From positions 32,001 through 96,000 of IMG/VR virus record IMGVR_UViG_3300034102_002082: DNA of 64,000 bases; one strand, 5' to 3'. The DNA is from a virus. Each line of letters begins with the position of its first letter. The stretch's first letter is position 1. This document shows, in pieces, positions 28,710-37,175 of the stretch. Both the position numbers and the translations under genes were made by a program. A model generated the notes under the pieces. It had not been told where the DNA came from. It made no database searches and was given only the letters and a program-made list of their open reading frames with translations.

Positions 28710-29350
28710 ACGAAGAACTTATAAGTTATTCTATATCTGTTTTAAGAGAGGATTTATCGAAAATAACATCCTCTCTTCCAGATAAACCAGCTGACCTATT
28801 CAGGAAGTTGGTTATAGCGTTTCCTAAATTGATTAAGAGTATAGGAGCAGTAAAAGCATTTATTTTAAAAGACACAGTAATACAAATAAAATGTAAAAAT
28901 TTTACCGTTTTTATTTGTAGATCGAAGACTGATTATACGAAAGTCGATATAATAATAAGAAAAGGTGGGACTAATTTAGTAAAGAAAGAGAATGTATTTT
29001 TTGAGGATTTGGAACGAGTCATCATGTCAGCAAATAAATCAACATTAACCGAATATGAGGTTGGGGATTTGGATAAAAATAAGTCCAAGATAGATAAAAA
29101 TCAAGGCAAACAGAAGATTGGAACCAATAGTTCCAATGTGAAGAATGTGGCAACATCGCTATCCTCAGCGATGTCCGCTGTTGATGGTTATCCATCAACG
29201 GAAAAAGAAATAATATCAAATACTAATGATAGGTTTGAGGACTTAGATAAAGTAATAAATACATCACAGTTCAGGAGTTCTGTCGGAGATGACAAAACAT
29301 ACCAGAAAATAAAAAAGAATTACGCAACAATTAAACAGAATAAAATATAA
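28706..29350 (+). CDS. Hypothetical protein
   Basis: 214-aa ORF overlapping the previous stop (ATGA). Confidence 0.7.
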   Translation: MNEELISYSISVLREDLSKITSSLPDKPADLFRKLVIAFPKLIKSIGAVKAFILKDTVIQIKCKNFTVFICRSKTDYTKVDIIIRKGGTNLVKKENVFFEDLERVIMSANKSTLTEYEVGDLDKNKSKIDKNQGKQKIGTNSSNVKNVATSLSSAMSAVDGYPSTEKEIISNTNDRFEDLDKVINTSQFRSSVGDDKTYQKIKKNYATIKQNKI

Positions 29351-29381
29351 TTTTTATATTTATTCATATATACTTATAAAC

Positions 29382-29810
29382 ATGAAATTAAAAAAACTCT
29401 TAGCAGAAATGGGAGCACCCGATTCATTCGGTGCACCAAAACAAGAAAAGACTATCGGTAAAGAGCTTAAATTGGCACTTGAAACCATCGGTGGATACAA
29501 CGGTCATGGTAAGTCATTAAAACGAGAAATTGGGTTACCAGAACTATCAAAAAAATTAAGAGAAACCGTTGATTTGGCATCAAAAATTGCACTAGAGAAT
29601 CTGAATGAAGATGAATGGTTCGAAAGAAAAACTGTTGAACGCAATATGACAGAAGCGAAGAAGCATGTATCCGAATTTGAAAAAATAGCTTCCGAGGCAC
29701 ATAAATGCGAAATGCAACTAGAAGCATTGTTCGATGAAATCGGACATAAGTTAGGAAGATATTATGAGATAAAAGATTTAGATGTAGAAACTACACCAAT
29801 AATAAAATAA
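29382..29810 (+). CDS. Hypothetical head-block protein with MKLKKLLAE leader
   Basis: Preceded by ATACTTAT; ends GHKLGRYYEI. Confidence 0.7.
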   Translation: MKLKKLLAEMGAPDSFGAPKQEKTIGKELKLALETIGGYNGHGKSLKREIGLPELSKKLRETVDLASKIALENLNEDEWFERKTVERNMTEAKKHVSEFEKIASEAHKCEMQLEALFDEIGHKLGRYYEIKDLDVETTPIIK

Positions 29811-29817
29811 TATAGTC

Positions 29818-30189
29818 ATGGACGCATCTGATAATAATACATTAGCTGGGTTGATAACTGCTGGCTCGACAATACTTACTGGCATAGTTTCTCTGATTGG
29901 TGCCATACTATACAACAATAGAAAGCAGAAAATTAGCAACCAAAATGACTTTACTCTACTTGCTGACGCAAATAACAAATTTAGGGATGAGGTTAGAGGT
30001 GATCTGAAGATCGCTCGTGACCGTATAGACAATTTGGAGAAGGATTTGGATATAGCAAAAAAGACCATAGTTAAAATGGATGCTGAACTGGAAGAAGCGA
30101 AGGCTACTATTGTTAAACTTGAGTTTGAATTGACCGAAAAGAATATTCTGATTCACGCACTTACGAGAAACACATCGAAAAATATTTAA
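29818..30189 (+). CDS. N-terminal transmembrane plus coiled-coil protein
   Basis: Hydrophobic LAGLITAGSTILTGIVSLIGAILY followed by heptad repeats. Confidence 0.65.
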   Translation: MDASDNNTLAGLITAGSTILTGIVSLIGAILYNNRKQKISNQNDFTLLADANNKFRDEVRGDLKIARDRIDNLEKDLDIAKKTIVKMDAELEEAKATIVKLEFELTEKNILIHALTRNTSKNI

Positions 30190-30315
30190 AAATATTTTAT
30201 CTTTTTGTTAATTGTATATATACTTATATAGAAATGCGACAACCTTTATTTGTGGCAATAAAAAATAATTTTTATTACTGATATTAATATCGGTACCACG
30301 TAATAAAGGAAACAC

Positions 30316-31575
30316 ATGTCAAAAATACTAAAAGATGCAATGATTGATGCGAAGGCTGTTAGAGCCACCGCATTAGCAAACGCTCGCGCAGCATTAGAAG
30401 AAGCTTTTTCTCCTAAGCTAGAAGCGATGTTTAGCCAAAAACTAAAAGAGATGGATCAAGAGGGTCAACAAGAACCAGAATCGATTGATTCTATTGATGC
30501 TCTTCAACCAGAAGACCAAAACATCGGCGGGGAAGAAATTCCAACCGATTTTAACAATGCTCAGGACTCCGCCGGGATTAATCCGGTTGCCGATATTACT
30601 TCCGGTAACGAAATTGATCAGGCTACACAAGCACTAGCAGAATCAGACGATTCATTCGCTCTCGACTCATCGAAGTCAGGAGAAAAAACAACCGATTCTG
30701 TAGGTGTTAATGGACAAACCAAACAAGCACTAAAGAAGGATGACAAGAACGTAACTGCCAATTTCTCGGGTAGCGCACAAAAAGTTCCAGCAAAGTCTGC
30801 GTCCGGAGAAAAAACAACCGATTCTGTAGGTGTTAATGGACAAACCAAACAAGCACTAAAGAAGGATGACAAGAACGTAACTGCTCCACTAAAAGAAAAT
30901 GAATGTGAAGATGGGGAGTCAGAAAAAACTGAATTAGAAGAGATCCTGTCCGAATTAGAAGATGGTTCTAAAGAAGATGAAGATGGTAAAGACCTAGACG
31001 AATCCGAGAATCCTTTCGCCAAGAAAGAAGACGGCGATGAAGAGATCGACCTAGATGAAGTACTATCCTCACTAAAAGAAGAATCCGAAGAAGAGGAAAA
31101 GGAAGAAGAGTCCGATGAAGAAAAAGACGAATTGAAGGAACAAAATGCTTCACTCGTTAAAGAAAACACCGACTATAAACGCGCACTTTCATACTTGAAA
31201 ACCAAGTTGAACGAAATCAATTTGCTTAATGCCAAACTACTTTACACAAACAAGTTGTTTAAGGCCGCTGATTTGAGCAACAACCAGAAGGTAAAGATCG
31301 TAGAAAATATGGACCTAGCGAAGACTGTTCGTGAAGTTAAATATGCCTACGCAATAATCGCTGAATCGATTAATTTCGGTGGAAAGCAACCAATAAAAGA
31401 ATCCGCTGCTCCTAAAAAAGTAGTAGTTCAAAATAAAGTGGTTAGCACTATCACTGAAGGTTTAGCATCAAGAACCGTAGCTTCCACTAAGCCATCAAAA
31501 GAATTGCTTACAGAAGGTGCTGTAATGTCCAATAGATTCCAGAAACTAGCTGGTATCAAAACAAGAAAAGCTTAA
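30316..31575 (+). CDS. Prohead scaffold/core protein (gp22-like)
   Basis: Highly acidic with many LxE sites; LNEINLLNAKLLY and RFQKLAGI; directly before the capsid gene. Confidence 0.8.
   Translation: MSKILKDAMIDAKAVRATALANARAALEEAFSPKLEAMFSQKLKEMDQEGQQEPESIDSIDALQPEDQNIGGEEIPTDFNNAQDSAGINPVADITSGNEIDQATQALAESDDSFALDSSKSGEKTTDSVGVNGQTKQALKKDDKNVTANFSGSAQKVPAKSASGEKTTDSVGVNGQTKQALKKDDKNVTAPLKENECEDGESEKTELEEILSELEDGSKEDEDGKDLDESENPFAKKEDGDEEIDLDEVLSSLKEESEEEEKEEESDEEKDELKEQNASLVKENTDYKRALSYLKTKLNEINLLNAKLLYTNKLFKAADLSNNQKVKIVENMDLAKTVREVKYAYAIIAESINFGGKQPIKESAAPKKVVVQNKVVSTITEGLASRTVASTKPSKELLTEGAVMSNRFQKLAGIKTRKA
30679..30884 (+). repeat. Perfect 80-bp direct repeat (30679-30758 and 30805-30884) inside the scaffold gene
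   Basis: Identical DNA encoding GEKTTDSVGVNGQTKQALKKDDKNVT, period 126 bp. Confidence 0.95.
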
Positions 31576-31627
31576 TATATTGTATATATAAAGTAGAGTA
31601 GATGAGAAAATTCAAAACACAAAAATT

Positions 31628-33229
31628 ATGTCAAATGTAAAATCACTATTAACAGACACATTCAATCCACAAGCTCGTCTTATGGCTGAAACTCGCGGTC
31701 TTCGTCAGAAATGGGAAAAAACTGGTCTTCTAGAAGGAATCACCAGCGAAACCGAACAAGGACACATGTCCATCCTTCTTGAAAATCAGGCTAAACAGCT
31801 GATTGAAGAAGCTACCCGTACCGGAACTTCCGCTAACTCAGAACAATGGGCTGGCGTTGCTCTCCCACTAGTTCGTCGTGTATTCGCCGAAATCGCTGCT
31901 AAGGAATTCGTTTCCGTTCAGCCAATGAATCTACCATCTGGTCTTATTTTCTATTTGGACTTCAAATACGGATCTAATATAGCTGGTAAGCCATCATTCC
32001 AAGACAATTCACTATTCGGTGGAACTAAAGCCAAGAACGGTTCAACCGATTCTGCTGTTAACGGTCTATATGGTCAAGGTCGTTTTGGTTATACCATCAA
32101 TGATCAATCAACAACCGTCGCTCAGACAACCGCAAGCGTAGCCTTCTTCGATGTAAATTTCGTTGATGCTCTATCAGCTTCTGTTTCTGTAGACGGTCTA
32201 CGTAAGGTCACTGTTGACTTATCATCAACCTCATTCGATTCACTAGCTGTTCGTGGCTTCACCGTATCTGGTTCTGGTATTCAAGACTTCTACCCAGCCT
32301 TCACAAAGGCCAATGGTAATCTCGTTACCTTCATCACCTCCGGTTCAACACAAACAGGAAACGTTCTCGTTGGTTACACCGTTCAGCCATCCGATCAAAC
32401 TCGTGGCGACTTCGAAGATCGCGGTACCGCTGTCTCCGACTCAACCACTGGTCTATCTGCTGATATCGGTATCCCAGAAGTTAACTTGGATCTGAAATCA
32501 GAACCAATCGTCGCTAAGACCCGTAAGTTGAAGGCTGTTTGGACACCAGAATTGGCTCAGGACTTGAACGCTTACCACTCAATCGATGCAGAAGCCGAGC
32601 TAACCGCTCTTCTATCTGAATACGTTTCGATGGAAATCGATCTAGAAATCCTAGACATGTTAGTTACCGCTGCACCAACAGTAACCACTGAATATTGGTC
32701 AGCTGCTATCGGAAGAGAATATAACCCAACAACTGGTCAATTCGCCGATACCGCTTCAAATCGTACAGCATATGTAAAGAGCACATGGTTCCAGACTCTT
32801 GGTAACAAGATTCAGAAGGTTTCCAACAAGATTCACCAGTTGACTCTTCGTGGTGGTGCTAACTTCCTAGTATGTTCACCAGATGTCGCTACAATCATCG
32901 AATCAATACCAGGATTCACCACCAACACTGATGGTGACCAGGCTAAATTCGCAATGGGTGTTGCTAAAGTTGGTGCCCTAGCAAATCGTTGGACCGTATA
33001 CAAGAACCCATACATGACCGATAACGTTATGTTGGTAGGTTTCCGTGGAAATAACTTCCTCGAAACCGGCGCAGTTTACGCCCCATATATTCCTCTGATC
33101 CAGACTCCATTGGTCTATGATCCAGTGAACTTTACACCACGCCGTGGCGTAATGACTCGCTATGCCAAGAAGATGGTAAGGCCAGAGTTTTACGGAAAAA
33201 TAATAATTGGAGATTTGAATCAAGTTTAA
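31628..33229 (+). CDS. gp23: Major capsid protein
   Basis: LPLVRR, VQPMNLPSGLIF, KTRKLKAVWTPELAQDLNAYH, YAPYIPL, GVMTRY. Confidence 0.97.
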   Translation: MSNVKSLLTDTFNPQARLMAETRGLRQKWEKTGLLEGITSETEQGHMSILLENQAKQLIEEATRTGTSANSEQWAGVALPLVRRVFAEIAAKEFVSVQPMNLPSGLIFYLDFKYGSNIAGKPSFQDNSLFGGTKAKNGSTDSAVNGLYGQGRFGYTINDQSTTVAQTTASVAFFDVNFVDALSASVSVDGLRKVTVDLSSTSFDSLAVRGFTVSGSGIQDFYPAFTKANGNLVTFITSGSTQTGNVLVGYTVQPSDQTRGDFEDRGTAVSDSTTGLSADIGIPEVNLDLKSEPIVAKTRKLKAVWTPELAQDLNAYHSIDAEAELTALLSEYVSMEIDLEILDMLVTAAPTVTTEYWSAAIGREYNPTTGQFADTASNRTAYVKSTWFQTLGNKIQKVSNKIHQLTLRGGANFLVCSPDVATIIESIPGFTTNTDGDQAKFAMGVAKVGALANRWTVYKNPYMTDNVMLVGFRGNNFLETGAVYAPYIPLIQTPLVYDPVNFTPRRGVMTRYAKKMVRPEFYGKIIIGDLNQV

Positions 33230-33250
33230 TTGATTTAAACATTAACCTAC

Positions 33251-33282
33251 AACCCCATCTCGTTTTTGAGATGGGGTTTTTT
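33251..33282 (+). terminator. Intrinsic terminator after the capsid gene
   Basis: AACCCCATCTC-6nt-GAGATGGGGTTTTTT. Confidence 0.8.
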
Positions 33283-34063
33283 ATTTCCTGAAATGGCTAG
33301 GAGCGTGTCCAGTTAATTTCTTACAATGGTATGAAATCGTTTGTGGTGATACATTAAACTCAATGGCGATGTATAACAAAGATATTGACTTATCTTTTAT
33401 TTTTTCCATGAATAAAATATCATCTTTTATCCGTGTTTTATTTGTTGCCATCTTCCGTTTAGTTTCATCCGAATGTTTTTTCCCCATGAATCGACCACTT
33501 TTAATATTTTTTCCATAAAATGGGTTATTTTCTCCGGAAACTGCTATAGTTCTCTGGTTTCTTCGTTTAGTATATTCTATTTTACCTTTATTCTTTCCAT
33601 ATTTTTCGACAAACCAGCCTAATGTGTATCTCCCGATTGATTTTTCCCTCATAATTTTTATAGCTGTGTCGGTATGATTTTTTTCATACATTCCGTTATT
33701 TTTCCCAACTCTTCTAGACTTACTCACGAACCGTTCTTTGTCCATGTCAGACAAATTTGAGTAGTTGTCTCCACCGGAAGCGGATGTCCCGATATTATAT
33801 CCATTTTCCCTAAATGGTGTTAACGTATCCAAATAAGATTGTTCACGTATTAATAGATCATTTTTATTGCATAATTCGATTATAGAAAAAATAAAATTGT
33901 CTTTCCCGTCTAAATTGTAAGCATTTTGTAAATGTTTGTTGACGTGTATGTTATTAGCAAGATCATTGAAATGTTCATATTTTCGTCTATCCATATCGCT
34001 CGATGATCCAATGTAAATTTTCCCATTCTTAATGTTTGTTATTTTATATATTCCAGTGTTCAT
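33281..34063 (-). CDS. Free-standing GIY-YIG homing endonuclease
   Basis: GIYKITNIKNGKIYIGSS, HLQNAYN, REQ, NUMOD3-like GKKHSDETKRKM. Confidence 0.9.
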   Translation of the reverse strand: MNTGIYKITNIKNGKIYIGSSSDMDRRKYEHFNDLANNIHVNKHLQNAYNLDGKDNFIFSIIELCNKNDLLIREQSYLDTLTPFRENGYNIGTSASGGDNYSNLSDMDKERFVSKSRRVGKNNGMYEKNHTDTAIKIMREKSIGRYTLGWFVEKYGKNKGKIEYTKRRNQRTIAVSGENNPFYGKNIKSGRFMGKKHSDETKRKMATNKTRIKDDILFMEKIKDKSISLLYIAIEFNVSPQTISYHCKKLTGHAPSHFRK

Positions 34064-34182
34064 ATACTATAAGTGTTACGATCTTACCGAAGAACTCTAA
34101 ATATTTTGAGATCGATCAAAAATAACTTCCCAATTATAAAAAAGAAAAAACAGAATCTCATATATACTTATATATATAAAAT

Positions 34183-35028
34183 ATGGAAACCATACCAATT
34201 ACAAGACAAGCAGTACAGCAACTAAAAGACCAGTATCCAGAAACAGCAAATGTTCCTGTTACTAAGAAGAACACATTACCAACAATAACGGTAAAGCTTC
34301 CTAGTCGTGGATATTTTTATCCATCATCATCCCCGTTGTCATCCGGCACAATAGAAATACATCAAGCTACAGCAAAACACGAGGATATTCTACAGAATCA
34401 ACAGTTCTTAAAGAAGGGAATTGTATTGGATGAATTTTTGAAAGCCATGATAGTTACTGCTGGTGTATCTCTTGATGACCTATTGATTGGTGACAAGAAT
34501 GCTATCTTTATAGCCACTAGAATATCCGCCTACGGTGAAGACTACTCCGTGAAAGTAAAATGTCCAGAATGTGGCGAGGAGAGCAAAGTAACCGTAGATC
34601 TATCGAAGGTAGCTAATAAGGAATATGATTTTAGTGCGTTGAGTAAGGGAGAAAATAAATTCTCTTTCCAATTACCAGTATCCAAGAAAAATATCACTTG
34701 GAAACTCTTAACTCACAAGGATGAATCATTGATTGAGAGTGAAATAAAGTCACTAGCTAAGTTTAATAATGGTGCATCTGCTCCGGAAATTACAACTAGA
34801 TTAAAGTTCCTAATTGTTTCTATTGACGGTGAAACCGATAAAGGTAAGATTAAGAAATTTATCGATGAGTCACTACCAGCAAGGGATAGTCTTGCTTTAC
34901 GTAAAGAAGTAAAGGACAAGACACCTGACTTGGATATGACCTTTGATTTTGATTGTTCGAAGTGTGGACACGCAGCTAAGATAGCTATTCCTATGAATCC
35001 AGAATTTTTCTGGCCTTCGAATAGTTAA
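34183..35028 (+). CDS. Baseplate hub/tail assembly chaperone (gp26-like), paralog 1
   Basis: LPSRGYFY, LLIGDKNAI, AYGEDY, two CxxC pairs, terminal FFWP. Confidence 0.7.
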   Translation: METIPITRQAVQQLKDQYPETANVPVTKKNTLPTITVKLPSRGYFYPSSSPLSSGTIEIHQATAKHEDILQNQQFLKKGIVLDEFLKAMIVTAGVSLDDLLIGDKNAIFIATRISAYGEDYSVKVKCPECGEESKVTVDLSKVANKEYDFSALSKGENKFSFQLPVSKKNITWKLLTHKDESLIESEIKSLAKFNNGASAPEITTRLKFLIVSIDGETDKGKIKKFIDESLPARDSLALRKEVKDKTPDLDMTFDFDCSKCGHAAKIAIPMNPEFFWPSNS

Positions 35029-35032
35029 TAAT

Positions 35033-35833
35033 ATGTTTCCATATGACGCAATAAAAAATCAACTAATAAGTTTAGTTGAGGTAAATTCCGGTATGCGAGA
35101 TAGTAAGGGATTTAAAAAAACACTAGATCAAATTTATTCCGATTGTGTTGATTTAATTAAGAAATTTCCTAACTTCTCACAACTGGAAGATATTAATAAA
35201 AAATACTTGACTACACAATCTAGTATTTTTTATTATCCAATAGGTTCAGATTCTCATATGGATATCACATCATCTGATATTGTGTTGGAATTTTTTCCTG
35301 CTGAAAATCCTATAGGAGAACCGGAGAAAATAATATTTCCAATAGCTGGCGCAGATATAAATTCTTCTCCGTATAGAATTATAATCGGGTTAAATAAAGA
35401 AGCAACAAAAAGAGAATTACTAGAAAAGTTGGATATATTAAAAATTACATTGTCACATGAATTAGTTCATATATTTAAAACGATGTATGGGGAATATCAA
35501 AGGACCGGAAAAGAATACTTAGATGCAAAAAACAAAATAAATAAAGAGAAATATATAACCAATTCTGGTGAAATTGATGCTTTTATATCACAGTTGATCT
35601 CCGAATTAGAAGCAATACATAAAAAAGACAAAAACATAACTCTGGTTGATGCGCTGAATGGGTCTTTGATTTATAAAAAGTTTTTCGATGAGGTTGACAA
35701 AGTTTACGGGAAACATGTATCAGATGACAAATTCAAAGACGGAACTGATAAAAAATTGAGAAAAATAAAAAAGCATATGTTATCGAAGGTTGTCAATTTT
35801 TGGAAAACAGAAATTGGTGGAAAAATAAAATAA
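35033..35833 (+). CDS. HExxH zincin-like hypothetical protein
   Basis: LSHELVHIF with a downstream EIDAF. Confidence 0.6.
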   Translation: MFPYDAIKNQLISLVEVNSGMRDSKGFKKTLDQIYSDCVDLIKKFPNFSQLEDINKKYLTTQSSIFYYPIGSDSHMDITSSDIVLEFFPAENPIGEPEKIIFPIAGADINSSPYRIIIGLNKEATKRELLEKLDILKITLSHELVHIFKTMYGEYQRTGKEYLDAKNKINKEKYITNSGEIDAFISQLISELEAIHKKDKNITLVDALNGSLIYKKFFDEVDKVYGKHVSDDKFKDGTDKKLRKIKKHMLSKVVNFWKTEIGGKIK

Positions 35834-35834
35834 T

Positions 35835-36743
35835 ATGGAATATGAGGTAATAAGTCTAGCCTCAGAAGGATGGTTCTATAATAAGGACCATCCTTTTTCG
35901 TCGGGTAAAGCAAAGATAAAGCCATTCTGCTTTAATATTGAGAAGATTCTTTGTAATCAAAATTTAAAGAAAAGAGGGGAAATTGATAAAGAATTTATTA
36001 AGAATATTGTGGTGGAAGACGTTGAATTTGATAGTATCCTTAACTGTGATTATGAGACTATTATACTAAATTCTAGAATCCTAAATTATGGAAAAACGGG
36101 CAAATATAAGATAAGTTGCCCACATTGTGATGTAGAATCTCAACAAGACATTTCATTTCTTTTTCGTGGAAAACCAACACCAAATCCAGTAAAATATGGA
36201 GAAAATGGTGTGAAAGTTGGATTATCTGATGGTGAACACCTCGTTCTAAAATTACCGACAGTTAACGAATATCGCAAATTTTCAGAAATGAACTGGTTGG
36301 ATTATTTACAGAATATTACCGTGTCATATTCTGGTGGGGATCATGTTTCCTTTATTGAAAATGGACTAAGCGTAAAGGATAGTAGACACTTGCGGTCACT
36401 TTACAAGGATGATTTTCCAGGTTTTATAACCTCGGTAGAACTTACTTGTCCTAGTTGTGGGGAGGCATTTAAAACTGGTGTCGAGCCAAATATCGACATT
36501 TTTGGGTTTTCTCCTGAGTATCGAAAGAGTGTTCAAGAGGAAATGTTTGACCTCTGTTATCATTCAGAAGGAACATTTCAGATGGACTTTGTTCAAGATA
36601 TGTCTGTTTCGGACAGATCGTTTTACATAAATAGATTGGTGGAAACCATAAACAAGAAGAATGAAGCAGAACAGAAGGCAGCGAATGCTGCTAAGAGTGG
36701 TGGAGGAAGTAGGACGGTTTCTCCACCACCGAGAGTTAAGTAA
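35835..36743 (+). CDS. Tail assembly chaperone paralog 2 with C-terminal (gp51-like) extension
   Basis: LASEGWFY, NYGKT, CPHC and CPSC align with 34183; about 75 extra residues (EEMFDLCYH...MSVSDRSFYINRL). Confidence 0.65.
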   Translation: MEYEVISLASEGWFYNKDHPFSSGKAKIKPFCFNIEKILCNQNLKKRGEIDKEFIKNIVVEDVEFDSILNCDYETIILNSRILNYGKTGKYKISCPHCDVESQQDISFLFRGKPTPNPVKYGENGVKVGLSDGEHLVLKLPTVNEYRKFSEMNWLDYLQNITVSYSGGDHVSFIENGLSVKDSRHLRSLYKDDFPGFITSVELTCPSCGEAFKTGVEPNIDIFGFSPEYRKSVQEEMFDLCYHSEGTFQMDFVQDMSVSDRSFYINRLVETINKKNEAEQKAANAAKSGGGSRTVSPPPRVK

Positions 36744-37097
36744 TTACTTGCTTGATTTATCCGTTCCTAGAAATCCACGAAAGAACGATTGCAATGCTCC
36801 AAGTAAGAGTCCAGCGGTGATGATAACGAGTAGGAGTGCAAGAATAGCAACCACGAAGAAAGCGATCATGGAAAAAATCGTAACTATTGGTATGAATACT
36901 TCTGGTATCGTTGTGTTATTTCTGATCATGTCGGCAGCTTTACGATATGAAGGAATAAGAAAAACCGCAAAACAGAATAGGAAGAATGGCGCTAATACAA
37001 TAAATATAATTAACGTGTGTGGTAATTCGGTATTTTCTACGAGGAATCCACCGATAGCAAATAAAACGAACATTATTGGGAATATTAGGAGGTGCAT
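36744..37097 (-). CDS. Small multi-pass membrane protein (moron-like)
   Basis: Three hydrophobic helices; antisense to the tail operon; has its own promoter. Confidence 0.65.
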   Translation of the reverse strand: MHLLIFPIMFVLFAIGGFLVENTELPHTLIIFIVLAPFFLFCFAVFLIPSYRKAADMIRNNTTIPEVFIPIVTIFSMIAFFVVAILALLLVIITAGLLLGALQSFFRGFLGTDKSSK

Positions 37098-37106
37098 GAT
37101 TTTCTT

Positions 37107-37134
37107 ACTTTGATTACTTTTCGATGAATGTCAA
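37107..37134 (-). promoter_or_regulatory. Sigma70-like promoter TTGACA-N16-CAAAGT
   Basis: Hexamers at 37134-37129 and 37112-37107. Confidence 0.5.
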
Positions 37135-37175
37135 GAAGTTTCTCATATTTTCGATTATTTTTATATTTATAGATA

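Noticed and set aside
29818-30189. Holin call for the TM plus coiled-coil protein
   Set aside because: Single TM only, no adjacent lysis genes, located in the head block
30618-31169. 183-aa antisense Ser-rich ORF
   Set aside because: Shadow of the Glu/Asp-rich scaffold codons
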